Shown one piece after another: positions 1 through 9,366 of a DNA stretch of 64,000 nt. Every line of letters starts with the position of its first letter. Positions within the stretch are counted from its first letter, which is position 1. Both the position numbers and the translations under genes were made by a program. The notes beneath the pieces are model-generated. The model saw only the letters and a program-made list of their open reading frames with translations, was not told where the DNA came from and searched no databases. The stretch spans positions 12,599-76,598 of the forward strand of contig JBDHUP010000004.1 in the NCBI GenBank assembly GCA_039809245.1, read 5' to 3'. This stretch comes from Minisyncoccia bacterium (GTDB lineage Bacteria > Patescibacteriota > Minisyncoccia > Phycocordibacterales > UBA9973).

Positions 1-198
1 CATATACTAATCGATATTCCTTCGCATGCAGCATCCTTTTACCCTACACCTTTCTTATTCCCAATATCCGAGTATAAATTCTTGCACGGAGTTTCATGGG
101 GAAACAAATGGTATATGATTATAAATTATTCACTTTTATTATTAGTTTCATTATATTTTTTCACCAGAAAAAAGACGAGACCCGATGAGCAGAAATAA
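1..198 (+). CDS. C-terminal part of a membrane-bound metal-dependent hydrolase-like protein (5' truncated by window edge)
   Basis: Frame 1 is open from base 1: HILIDIPSH..FYPTPFLFPIS..GVSW plus a hydrophobic helix, TAA at 196-198. Confidence 0.55.
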   Translation, partial: HILIDIPSHAASFYPTPFLFPISEYKFLHGVSWGNKWYMIINYSLLLLVSLYFFTRKKTRPDEQK

Positions 199-700
199 AA
201 AAGTTGTTGTAAATGATAAATTTCAACGAAAATATTCTTATATATTAAGTGCACCAATTGGTAAAGAATTTGATCCAGAATTTAAACCAGACTTAACCCC
301 AAAACAAATGCTAGAACTTGGAGTTTTTGATGGATTCTATGTAGATAATAGTTACTTAAAAGAATTTCCTAAAAGTTGGTTTATTAAAGCGAAACTAGCA
401 AAAGATAAGCCGGATCCAGAACTTAACTATTTTAAAATTCATGCTAGTCAGCCACTGTCCGTTTGGAAAAAGAACGGTTGGATATATAAAGATGACCCTA
501 GAGGTTGGTTCCAGTGGTATTGTAGATACTACATGGGTCGTCGTATACCAAAGGAGGATAAGCGCCAAATAAAGCGCTGGAAGGCTATAAGACGCCACAT
601 AGGACAAATAGTAGCTAACTGTAGGCCTCAGGATATAAACTGCCGTCCTCGCCAACGCCAAGCCTTATTACATTGGGCATATGACACCAGAAAAATATAA
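185..700 (+). CDS. conserved hypothetical protein (DPxGWFQWYCRYYxGRR / RQALLHWAYD motifs)
   Basis: 171-aa ORF, Trp/Arg-rich motifs that look conserved; function not recognised. Confidence 0.75.
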   Translation: MSRNKKVVVNDKFQRKYSYILSAPIGKEFDPEFKPDLTPKQMLELGVFDGFYVDNSYLKEFPKSWFIKAKLAKDKPDPELNYFKIHASQPLSVWKKNGWIYKDDPRGWFQWYCRYYMGRRIPKEDKRQIKRWKAIRRHIGQIVANCRPQDINCRPRQRQALLHWAYDTRKI

Positions 701-701
701 A

Positions 702-1277
702 TTATTTCTTCGGGAAAATCGAATCGATCAATAAATCTTTATTAGTGTGTTTTTCAGCTGAGTAGGGAATTATTAAATGATTACCGGCAATTTTCTTAAT
801 TTCATTTAGACACTTCTGTTTTTCGCTTAGGTTAAGCTTATCAATTTTGTTTACTACGATAATTATATCTTTATCATGATTAATTAATGCATCATACATT
901 TCCAAATCTTTATCAGTCATACCTGTACGCCCGTCGATAATAAGCACAACTTTATACTGAGGAATACCTGATTCAAATAAGTACCAACGAATACGGTCAG
1001 TTATTAATTCCTTCGCATCAAAAGATCCTCTAGCATATCCATAACCTGGTAAGTCTACTAAATAAAACTTATTATTTAGTATGAATAAATTTATCTCTTG
1101 AGTACGGCCGGCGGTAGAACTTGATCGTGCTAATTTTTTATTATTGGTAATGGAGTTAATAACACTAGATTTACCAACGTTTGAGCGCCCAATAAAGGCC
1201 ACTTGGGGTAGGTCGTCATTAACCATATTTTCACTATTTGTCACTCCTCGGACAAAATCTGCAGACGTAATCTTCAT
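702..1277 (-). CDS. engB: ribosome biogenesis GTPase YsxC/EngB
   Basis: GRSNVGKSS, DLPGYGY, NKID motifs. Confidence 0.95.
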   Translation of the reverse strand: MKITSADFVRGVTNSENMVNDDLPQVAFIGRSNVGKSSVINSITNNKKLARSSSTAGRTQEINLFILNNKFYLVDLPGYGYARGSFDAKELITDRIRWYLFESGIPQYKVVLIIDGRTGMTDKDLEMYDALINHDKDIIIVVNKIDKLNLSEKQKCLNEIKKIAGNHLIIPYSAEKHTNKDLLIDSIFPKK

Positions 1278-1343
1278 AGAATGATTATATCAGATAATGT
1301 AGTTAATAGTGATTGTATTAATTTAGAATGCTATAATGTTTAA

Positions 1344-1955
1344 ATGAAGTTAATTACTAAAAATAAAGCAGTAATCCTAGCCTTCTTGATCTTAGCGATT
1401 TTAATATTTTACAGTTATAAGATAGAAAAAAACAAAAGGGATAAATTTGAAACACTAAATAGAAACATAGCCAGCCTTGCTGAAACAACACCATCAAGAA
1501 TAAATCAATCCGTTGTTACTTTGCCAGAGGGGAATATTCTTATCGGTTTGAAAGATGGTTATGCTACTTACACACCACTAAGTAAAGGTAAGGGGGAAGT
1601 TAAAATTTTTGATAGTTTAGTTAAAACCCATATGCTAAGAGGTGTCTACAAAGAAACTTCCCCTAGACTCGACGCCTTAGTTCCTATGTCAGTAACTGGT
1701 GATTCGTATGATAATGGTTCATTATACATAGTCCTGTTCCAAGATAGGGGAAACGCTGCAATTGAAAAATCTCACGCAAGACTAGGAGGAATCGATGTTT
1801 CCGTAGAAAGTATAATAACATTACCAACAGATGGTAAAATTGATAAAGAAGAGTATCAAGTATCTATAAAGTATCTACAGAAGGGAATAGAAAAGGAGTT
1901 AATTATACCTGTAATAGACGGACGTTTTTACCCAGACGGAGCAACATCTAGATAG
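1344..1955 (+). CDS. hypothetical protein with N-terminal membrane anchor
   Basis: 203-aa ORF, N-terminal hydrophobic helix, TGnTATAAT ending 6 nt before the ATG. Confidence 0.7.
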   Translation: MKLITKNKAVILAFLILAILIFYSYKIEKNKRDKFETLNRNIASLAETTPSRINQSVVTLPEGNILIGLKDGYATYTPLSKGKGEVKIFDSLVKTHMLRGVYKETSPRLDALVPMSVTGDSYDNGSLYIVLFQDRGNAAIEKSHARLGGIDVSVESIITLPTDGKIDKEEYQVSIKYLQKGIEKELIIPVIDGRFYPDGATSR

Positions 1956-1990
1956 AAAAAGCTATTAATTTTATGATATAATATTCTCAT

Positions 1991-2611
1991 ATGAAACAAG
2001 AAAGATTGGAAGCTCTAACAGATAGTATCTTTGCTATTGTTATGACCATTTTGGTTTTCGAGATAAGGGTACCAGACACATTAAGATATGTCACAGATCA
2101 AACGCTTGCAAATGCAGTATTTGCTATTTATCCATTGTTCTTTAGTTATCTTTTAAGTTTTTCACTTTTATTTACATACTGGAGAGCTCATCATTACATA
2201 GTTTCTGCTCTTGCAAAAAATGTAGATATACGCCTGTCTAACCTTAGTGCTTTATTTTTTTTCTTTGTCGGACTCGTCCCATTCTCAGCTCACTTGTTAG
2301 GAGTATATAGTCACACTAAATTTGCAATAGCTTTATTTGGTATCAATATAATACTTATAGGTATGTCACTATGGATAATGAGAAGATATGTTATTAAATC
2401 TGCATCTATTGAAAATGCTCCTTTTACAAAAACAGAAAATGAACATGCCAATATGCGCATATTATTACCAGTAGTAGCAGCAATCATTGCCATTGCCGTT
2501 TCATTCTTCCATAAAGAGATAGCTTTAATATTCTTCACAATCGCAATTATATTTAACTTATCACGAAGAAGTACTAGATATATGTTTAATATAATAAACG
2601 CATTTCGTTAA
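1991..2611 (+). CDS. TMEM175-family (DUF1211) potassium channel-like membrane protein
   Basis: RLEALTDSIFAIVMTILV and YWRAHH motifs, multiple hydrophobic helices. Confidence 0.85.
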   Translation: MKQERLEALTDSIFAIVMTILVFEIRVPDTLRYVTDQTLANAVFAIYPLFFSYLLSFSLLFTYWRAHHYIVSALAKNVDIRLSNLSALFFFFVGLVPFSAHLLGVYSHTKFAIALFGINIILIGMSLWIMRRYVIKSASIENAPFTKTENEHANMRILLPVVAAIIAIAVSFFHKEIALIFFTIAIIFNLSRRSTRYMFNIINAFR

Positions 2612-2626
2612 TATAAACATATAAAA

Positions 2627-3169
2627 ATGAAAAAAATACTAATTATAATTCTCATAGTTGTTATTGCTGTATTCATTGGGAGTAAGCTTATTCCAAATAG
2701 TAAAAATATTAATACTCCAATACAAGAAGAAGGTAATAATGTATCAAAAGAAATAGATACCCCAATAAAAGAACAACCAGTAGCATGTACCATGGATGCA
2801 AAAGAGTGTCCTGATGGATCTTATGTGGAAAGAGTTGGACCTAAGTGCGAGTTTGCTATGTGTCCAACTCCTACAACTAACTCAACGACAGCATCAATAA
2901 ACCAATCTATATTTAATAATGGTGTATATATAAAACCTCTTGAAGTCCTAGAGGATAGTAGATGTCCTACAGGTGCAAACTGTATATGGGTGGGCACAGT
3001 AAAAATTAGAGCTAAATTATCGACAAATGATATTAGTCAAGAAATAATTTTAACACTCAATGAACCTTCATCTTTTGAAAATAAAAAAGTAACTCTAATA
3101 GGAGTTAGTCCAGAGTCAAATGGTAAACTGAAACCTTCAGATTATAAATTTACATTCTCTGTGAAGTAA
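2627..3169 (+). CDS. secreted/anchored Cys-motif protein
   Basis: Signal anchor; ACTMDAKECPDGSYVxRxGPxCEFAxCP and DSRCPxGAxCIW motifs. Confidence 0.75.
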   Translation: MKKILIIILIVVIAVFIGSKLIPNSKNINTPIQEEGNNVSKEIDTPIKEQPVACTMDAKECPDGSYVERVGPKCEFAMCPTPTTNSTTASINQSIFNNGVYIKPLEVLEDSRCPTGANCIWVGTVKIRAKLSTNDISQEIILTLNEPSSFENKKVTLIGVSPESNGKLKPSDYKFTFSVK

Positions 3170-3172
3170 ATA

Positions 3173-3331
3173 CTATCTTTTCTTCTCTCGCCAATCGTAC
3201 TCTTCCTCTTCATCATCATTCTTATCTATAATAGGAGTACCACACTGAGCACAATGCGTATCATATGAGCGCAAGCCACAACGAGGACATACTGGGTCAC
3301 TTTTTTCTGTTTGTTCTATTTCTTCTTCCAT
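3173..3331 (-). CDS. small zinc-ribbon protein (52 aa, not in ORF track)
   Basis: MEEEIEQTEKSDPVCPRCGLRSYDTHCAQCGTPIIDKNDDEEEEYDWREKKR; CxxC-x8-CxxC. Confidence 0.65.
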   Translation of the reverse strand: MEEEIEQTEKSDPVCPRCGLRSYDTHCAQCGTPIIDKNDDEEEEYDWREKKR

Positions 3332-3412
3332 AGACAACTATTATACTATACTTTTATTTTTACAAAAATGTTATAATCTTCTCATTATTAGTAAACATTT
3401 TCTAAAATATCT

Positions 3413-3475
3413 ATGGCAAAAGGAATGGGTGCGAGAAAAGAAAAGAAAAAACCAAAAGCTGCAAAGAAAAAGTAG
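3413..3475 (+). CDS. very small Lys-rich peptide (20 aa)
   Basis: MAKGMGARKEKKKPKAAKKK; TGTTATAAT upstream (3369-3377) and a terminator directly after the stop. Confidence 0.5.
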   Translation: MAKGMGARKEKKKPKAAKKK

Positions 3476-3476
3476 C

Positions 3477-3514
3477 AAACAAAAATCCCCACATTGCTGT
3501 GGGGATTTTTGTTT
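3477..3514. terminator. bidirectional intrinsic terminator
   Basis: AAACAAAAATCCCCAC-attgct-GTGGGGATTTTTGTTT inverted repeat between convergent genes. Confidence 0.85.
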
Positions 3515-3521
3515 GCGTGTA

Positions 3522-3719
3522 TTATGCGCGTTGTACGTTTACAGCACTAGGTCCCTTTGCAGTTTCCTCAGTGTCAAAAGTAACAGCATCACCTTCACGT
3601 AGTTCGTCGAACTGAACGTTTACAAGAGAATTACTGTGGAAGAATAAATCCTTCGCAAGTCCTTCTGCTGTGATGAAACCGAAACCTTTATCAGTAAGCT
3701 TTTTTATTGAGCCAGTCAT
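3522..3719 (-). CDS. cspA: cold-shock protein (start revised to ATG 3719, 65 aa)
   Basis: KGFGFI (RNP1), DLFFH (RNP2), KGPSAVNV. Confidence 0.93.
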   Translation of the reverse strand: MTGSIKKLTDKGFGFITAEGLAKDLFFHSNSLVNVQFDELREGDAVTFDTEETAKGPSAVNVQRA

Positions 3720-3803
3720 GATTTTGATTAAGATAAATGATAAATATAAATAAGATAAATGTTCGAAAGTCGACTCTTCTAGAAGATACCCCTTATGCCC
3801 ACT

Positions 3804-3889
3804 ATAGTACAATTTCTTGAATTTTTTGTCAATAGATTTATTTTAAAATGACTATAAATATTGACAAAATAAGCTACAAATGCTATTCT
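3804..3889. promoter_or_regulatory. divergent sigma70 promoters for cspA and the DEAD-box helicase
   Basis: Minus: TTGACA(3832-3827)-17-TACTAT(3809-3804); plus: TTGACA(3861-3866)-17-TATTCT(3884-3889). Confidence 0.7.
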
Positions 3890-3992
3890 ATACTCGTTGA
3901 AATACTCCGAAGTTACGTGTATATAAGTGTTTCAATTCATTGCACCAACTAGGCGCAATTATTTATTTTTGAAACACGTAAAACATAATATT

Positions 3993-5312
3993 ATGCCAAC
4001 TTATAGCAAACAAGCTCCAAAACGGAGCTCATATTCATCTGGTTCAAAGCAAGCCCCTAGAGGCCATTTTGGCGGTTCTAAGAGCCCATTTCCACCGTCT
4101 AAAGCTTCCTCATCACGACCAGCTTTCAGGACAGGGAATAAGCCATCCTTCGGGAGAGGTCGCCCATCAGGAGGAAATAATAGAAAGAGGAAAGGTAATT
4201 CATTTGAGCGTATTGATGTATCTAGATTTATTAGTAAAGCAACAATTGTTGAGAAAGAAGAGATATATCTCCCAACTCATACATTCAGTGATTTTGCTAT
4301 TGATGAGCGTTTAAAAACAGCTATCGCTAATAAGCAATATATTTATCCAAGTCCAATTCAGGATAAGGCTATACCACATGCTCTTCTTGGGCGTGATATT
4401 TTGGGTATTGCAAACACTGGTACAGGTAAGACTGCTGCTTTCTTAATACCTATTATTAATAAAATTCTAAAGAATCCTAAGGAGACTGCTATTATTATAG
4501 CCCCAACTCGAGAACTTGCACTTCAGATTGATAAAGAGTTTATAGAGTTCACACGTGGTATGAAAATGTGGTCAGTAGGGTGTGTAGGAGGAGCGCCGAT
4601 ATCTGCCCAGATTAAAAATTTACGTCGTGGATGCAACATTGTTATCGGTACACCAGGAAGGTTACTAGATCTAGTAAAGCGTAAAGAGATCGATCTTTCA
4701 GATACTCGCAGTATCGTTCTAGATGAAGCTGATAGAATGCTAGATATGGGATTTATAGATGATATAACTTATCTACTTGAGAAAACTGATAAAGAACGTC
4801 AGAGTTTCTTCTTCTCTGCAACATTACCAAAACCGATTGAAACTCTTATTGGTAAATTCTCAAATGACCCAGTTCGAGTAGTTGTGAAAACTAGAGACAC
4901 TTCAAAGAACGTAGAGCAAGATGTAGTTAGAGTTGCTCGGGGAGTAGATAAAATAGATGTTTTATCTGAATTACTCTCTGGTTCTGAATTTAAAAAAGTT
5001 GTAATCTTCTCTGAAATGAAACATGCTGTAGAAAAATTATCAAACGAATTAGTTAAGAGGGGATTTAAAGCAGGTTCAATTCATGGTGATAAGCGCCACA
5101 ATGAACGCCAAAGAACTCTTAAACGCTTCAAGGATGATGATCTAAACATCCTAGTTGCTACAGATGTAGCTGCACGCGGACTAGATATTCCAGATGTAAC
5201 TCATGTTATAAACTATGAGATACCACAAACATATGACACTTATGTCCACCGTATCGGCCGAACAGGCCGTGCAAATAAAAAAGGTATGGCTCTAACATTT
5301 GTGAATTCATAA
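3993..5312 (+). CDS. DEAD-box RNA helicase (RhlE-like; start revised to ATG 3993)
   Basis: Q motif, ANTGTGKT, PTRELA, DEAD, SAT, HRIGRTGR. Confidence 0.95.
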   Translation: MPTYSKQAPKRSSYSSGSKQAPRGHFGGSKSPFPPSKASSSRPAFRTGNKPSFGRGRPSGGNNRKRKGNSFERIDVSRFISKATIVEKEEIYLPTHTFSDFAIDERLKTAIANKQYIYPSPIQDKAIPHALLGRDILGIANTGTGKTAAFLIPIINKILKNPKETAIIIAPTRELALQIDKEFIEFTRGMKMWSVGCVGGAPISAQIKNLRRGCNIVIGTPGRLLDLVKRKEIDLSDTRSIVLDEADRMLDMGFIDDITYLLEKTDKERQSFFFSATLPKPIETLIGKFSNDPVRVVVKTRDTSKNVEQDVVRVARGVDKIDVLSELLSGSEFKKVVIFSEMKHAVEKLSNELVKRGFKAGSIHGDKRHNERQRTLKRFKDDDLNILVATDVAARGLDIPDVTHVINYEIPQTYDTYVHRIGRTGRANKKGMALTFVNS

Positions 5313-5320
5313 TTAAAATA

Positions 5321-5364
5321 AAATATAAAACACCCATAAATTAATTTATGGGTGTTTTATATTT
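5321..5364. terminator. 44-bp perfect palindrome, probable bidirectional terminator
   Basis: AAATATAAAACACCCATAAATT|AATTTATGGGTGTTTTATATTT between convergent genes. Confidence 0.75.
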
Positions 5365-5383
5365 ACGGCTCTGTCTTTGTTTT

Positions 5384-6811
5384 TTATAGGTTAGTTACAA
5401 AGATATTTTCATTTGATAGAGATGAATTACTAGAACCATCTTCTGATTTAATTACGAAGTAGTATAGAGTACTTGAATTAAGACCAGTAATTTCTAGTGA
5501 GTGTTCTGTTTTCAAAGTTTTATCTCCTACACTAGATGTAGAACCTAGATTCACATCAACCGGTGTATTAAGAGAATAAAATACTTCTGAAGTTGCGGGC
5601 TCGTTTGTCATCCATGTAATTGTACTACCTGAAGCTGAAACTTTTGTAGCTATATTACTAATTATAGGTGCAACAGTGTCAGTAGGATTTTCAGTAACAG
5701 TTATTTCCATTGATGAACTAGTTTTCTGGCCCTTACTATTTTCAACTGTAAAGTTTGCAGTGTATATTCCTGCTTTATTATATACATGTTCAAATGTTGA
5801 ACTTTGAATAAATATTGGCTGTTTAACTGAAAGTGCTTTTACAAACAAGTCATCGCCCCAATCTACTGAATAAGTAAGTGAATCATTGTTTGGATCATAA
5901 GCATTTACTTTAACAGTCTCAGTTTGTCCTACCACAACAGTTTTTGAGCCTGATAGACTTGTAATAACTGGAGAATTATCTGTAGATGCTGGTGTAGTGA
6001 ATGAAATCTCAGATGATATAGTTCTTCCATTCTTATTTGCTGAACCTACTACTACATAGTAAGTAGTTGATGGTTCAAGTCTATTTAGATTCATTTTGTG
6101 ATTTAGAACTTTACCGTGGTTACCTTTATTGGCTTTGATGTTTGTATTTACTGGAGAAGTAGTACTAATCCATAGCATACTTGAAGAACGGACATCTGTA
6201 TTCCATACTACTTTTGCATTATGGACCTTAACAGATTCAATAGATAAGTTACTTATGACTGGTAGACTAGCAGATTCACTTGTTACGTAAACTGTAACCG
6301 TTGAATTAGCTTTTTCTCCTGTACTATTACTTACTGTAAACTTTACAGTATATGCACCTTTATTTTGATAAGTGTGGGTAAATGTACTTGTCTGTACGAA
6401 AGCCTCTTGAGACATTCTTGAGAAGAGCTGTGAATCTTCATCGCCCCAATCTACTGAGTAGCTAAGACTTCCATTGTTTGGATCTGAAGCATTAACTTTC
6501 CATGTACCTTCCTGTCCAACTTTTAGGACAGTTGGAGCTGTTATACCAGAAATGTTTAATCCTGTACTAGCTAATGTTGAAGAATGAGATCTCTCTCCAA
6601 ACCAACCAGACAATCTCTTGAAAAAACCATGCTCATCGGAATCTTCGTCTTTATTTTTATTTAATTTTACTTTTGTACTTTGTTTTACTTCTATTTTATT
6701 TTCATTTTTATCATTATCAGCAAAACTTAATGATGGGATAGTTACAAGGACTAAAGCCATAATCAAACCTGTTGCTAATAATCTATTCTTTTGATTTTTA
6801 ATGTTTTTCAT
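5384..6811 (-). CDS. secreted protein with alternating PKD-like and fibronectin-III-like domains
   Basis: Signal peptide; two 'LxYSVDWGD...FxHxY...GxYT' repeats and two 'W.T....S......L..L.(P/S)ST.YY' repeats. Confidence 0.8.
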   Translation of the reverse strand: MKNIKNQKNRLLATGLIMALVLVTIPSLSFADNDKNENKIEVKQSTKVKLNKNKDEDSDEHGFFKRLSGWFGERSHSSTLASTGLNISGITAPTVLKVGQEGTWKVNASDPNNGSLSYSVDWGDEDSQLFSRMSQEAFVQTSTFTHTYQNKGAYTVKFTVSNSTGEKANSTVTVYVTSESASLPVISNLSIESVKVHNAKVVWNTDVRSSSMLWISTTSPVNTNIKANKGNHGKVLNHKMNLNRLEPSTTYYVVVGSANKNGRTISSEISFTTPASTDNSPVITSLSGSKTVVVGQTETVKVNAYDPNNDSLTYSVDWGDDLFVKALSVKQPIFIQSSTFEHVYNKAGIYTANFTVENSKGQKTSSSMEITVTENPTDTVAPIISNIATKVSASGSTITWMTNEPATSEVFYSLNTPVDVNLGSTSSVGDKTLKTEHSLEITGLNSSTLYYFVIKSEDGSSNSSLSNENIFVTNL

Positions 6812-6892
6812 ATATAATTATTTAACTTACATTTAACTAATAATTTATTGTTTAGGTGTGTGGTGCCCAAGCAATACGACCGACATATAGGT

Positions 6893-6989
6893 AGACGTTA
6901 GTAAGTCCTGACTTCTTACCTAGACATTAATACTTTTATGTTGTATTTTTACATATGAGACATGTAAGAAATACTCAATTTGAACGTCT
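6893..6989. promoter_or_regulatory. divergent pair of putative ECF sigma promoters GTAAGAA-N12/13-AACGTCT
   Basis: Plus copy 6964-6989 just before the sigma ATG; minus copy 6919-6893 facing the PKD/Fn3 gene. Confidence 0.6.
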
Positions 6990-6995
6990 CAGTTT

Positions 6996-7526
6996 ATGAA
7001 AGTTAATATCACACACATATTTGAAAATATATACAAGAAAGAATCTGATGCTATTTTTAGGTTTTGTTTCATGCGAGTATCCGATAGGGAACAAGCTTTA
7101 GATATAACTCAAGAAACTTTTACTAGATTCTGGCAGAAACTACAGAAAGACGAGGATATTCAGAACAACCGAGCTTTTATTTTTATGATTGCCAGAAATC
7201 TTATAATTGACTGGTATCGTAAGAAAAAAGCTATTTCTTTAGATAAAATGATTGAAAATGATTTAGAAGATACACCTTACTTCACAGTTGATGATTCTAG
7301 TATAGATAATCTTGAATTAGGGCCAGAAGGTAGATATGTATTAGATAAAGTTAACGAACTATCTCCGAGCGCGAGAGACCCAATATATATGAGATTTGTG
7401 GAAGGATTATCACCAAGTGAAATAGGTGAGATACTGGGAATATCAACAAATGCTGCTTCGGTAAGAATAAATAGAGGACTAATAGAGCTAAAGAAAAAGA
7501 CGGGATATAATGATAATGTAAAATAA
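6996..7526 (+). CDS. ECF RNA polymerase sigma factor
   Basis: Region 2 (ALDITQETF..IARNLIIDWYRK) and region 4 (EGLSPSEIGEILGIS..RINRG). Confidence 0.93.
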   Translation: MKVNITHIFENIYKKESDAIFRFCFMRVSDREQALDITQETFTRFWQKLQKDEDIQNNRAFIFMIARNLIIDWYRKKKAISLDKMIENDLEDTPYFTVDDSSIDNLELGPEGRYVLDKVNELSPSARDPIYMRFVEGLSPSEIGEILGISTNAASVRINRGLIELKKKTGYNDNVK

Positions 7527-7531
7527 ATAAA

Positions 7532-8584
7532 ATGAAAAACATAAATTGGAATAAAGGTTTGAAACAATTAAAGAATATTAAAATGACTGATACTGAAAAA
7601 GATCAGATCTTTAAGAGTGTCATGAACTACCCACTTCCTAAACAATCTCCTATAAAGAGTAACTGGGTGACTTATAGTCAGATCTTTGCGTTCAAAAAAC
7701 ATAAAATGGCTTACTACACAGTTATAGCTTCTTTAATAGTTATATTAAGTGGACAAGGGATAGTGTACGCTTCTCAGGATTCACTTCCAGGTGATATCCT
7801 ATATCCTGTAAAAATTAAAGTCCTTGAGCCAGTTCGTAGCGCTTTAACTCTATCAACAGAAGCAAAAGCTGAGTATGAGAGTAACCTTGCAACCAAACGC
7901 CTAGAGGAAGCAGAGAAACTTGCTTCAAATAATAAACTGGATAAGGATACAGAAAAGAGAATTAGTGAATTGGTAAAGAACCATACATCAGCCCTTGATA
8001 ATGATTTAAGTAGATTAAATAAAAGTAGTAAGAATAAGAAAGAAAAAGTTGATGATATTGTCACAAACTTCCAAGCAGGAATGAACGCCCATTCACAAGT
8101 ATTAGAAGAGATACTAGGTTCTAATGATTATATTGAAAATGAATCAGAAGATGATTCTATTTCTAAAACAGCTAGAGATAGTGGAAATAAAGTAAGACAA
8201 AACTATAGAAATGATGATCATGATTTGAAGAAGTATAAATTCAAGAAAGAATCAGTAGAATCAATAATAAATTCTACAACAAAAGATATCGAAAATATTA
8301 AAGACAATCGTTCAAAAGCAAAACAGAATGTAATAGAAAATACTCACAAAAAGCTAGATCAAGCAAAAGAATTATTAAAGAATGCTGATGATAAGAATGA
8401 AAAATCTGACAATGAGAATGCTTACAATGATTTATTGGATTCAGAAAGTTCTGCGAAGGAAGCAAATATTTTCTTAAATGTTGGTTTAAAAATAGAAGAT
8501 CACAGGAACAATAATAAGGAGCATAATGATGATAGTAAATCAGAAAGTAGAGAAGTTAGATCATTCTTAGATAATAATGATTAA
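7532..8584 (+). CDS. putative anti-sigma factor (single TM, DUF5667-like 'SLPGDILYPVK' domain)
   Basis: Directly downstream of the ECF sigma; one TM helix followed by a helical acidic domain. Confidence 0.7.
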   Translation: MKNINWNKGLKQLKNIKMTDTEKDQIFKSVMNYPLPKQSPIKSNWVTYSQIFAFKKHKMAYYTVIASLIVILSGQGIVYASQDSLPGDILYPVKIKVLEPVRSALTLSTEAKAEYESNLATKRLEEAEKLASNNKLDKDTEKRISELVKNHTSALDNDLSRLNKSSKNKKEKVDDIVTNFQAGMNAHSQVLEEILGSNDYIENESEDDSISKTARDSGNKVRQNYRNDDHDLKKYKFKKESVESIINSTTKDIENIKDNRSKAKQNVIENTHKKLDQAKELLKNADDKNEKSDNENAYNDLLDSESSAKEANIFLNVGLKIEDHRNNNKEHNDDSKSESREVRSFLDNND

Positions 8585-8653
8585 AAAAACAGAGTCCGCA
8601 ATTGCGAACCCTGTAAGTATAGCCATGAGAGAAAGTTAAGTAAATTAAAATAA

Positions 8654-8923
8654 TTATTTTTTCCCGAATCTTCGGATACTGTCAAAATTTACAACCAGTG
8701 CATAAATCTCTTTACCTGAACTAACCTCTATGGCTTTCTGATATTTTGTAATATTTTTTTTATCAACTTTTCTTACATCAAAAGATGTAATTTTTACAGT
8801 TGGTTTTTGAGAAATGCTTTTTGATTTAAACAAGTTTATGAAGCTTGTTAAATGAATAGGGGATTGCCCATTCACATTTATCGCTATTATCATAACAATA
8901 AATAAGACAATAATCTTTCTCAT
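8654..8923 (-). CDS. hypothetical secreted protein
   Basis: 89 aa, MRKIIVLF..NVNGQ signal-peptide-like N-terminus. Confidence 0.55.
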   Translation of the reverse strand: MRKIIVLFIVMIIAINVNGQSPIHLTSFINLFKSKSISQKPTVKITSFDVRKVDKKNITKYQKAIEVSSGKEIYALVVNFDSIRRFGKK

Positions 8924-9098
8924 AATGATTAAGGTTGTTTTAGTTGTTTACCAAAAAATATTTCCAATAAAAAGAACTATTTACATTAAACCACCATTTA
9001 CATAACAATGTAAATACTTGACATTACAACTAATAACAGTTATAAATCATATAGGTTCCCAAACAACTATTTACTGACCTTTAAAAATTTTATTATTT

Positions 9099-9233
9099 AT
9101 GAGAAAACTATTTTTTTCATTACTTAAACTATTAACTCCAGAAAAAAAGAAAGCTCCTCAGAAGAATAAGGGGTCTAAGAAAAATTTCAGAGACGGTGCT
9201 GTTTTCATGGGACAAACACATTGGAAAAGATAA
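9099..9233 (+). CDS. small basic hypothetical protein (44 aa, not in ORF track)
   Basis: MRKLFFSLLKLL...HWKR; TTGACA upstream and a hairpin plus T-run at about 9246-9278. Confidence 0.45.
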   Translation: MRKLFFSLLKLLTPEKKKAPQKNKGSKKNFRDGAVFMGQTHWKR

Positions 9234-9366
9234 TCTCTTTTCCGCAAGGCAGGTTTATATACATAAACCTGCCTTTTTTATTTAATAATTAATAATATTG
9301 ACTATTCTTAATTTAATATGTAATCTTAAAATAAGAAACCATATTGCTCATCTTAAAACTAAAGTT

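Noticed and set aside
5321-5364. 44-bp perfect palindrome as a mobile-element end or hairpin telomere site
   Set aside because: It lies between convergent genes with A/T tails like other terminators here (for example near 55952-55984), and no associated enzyme gene is present
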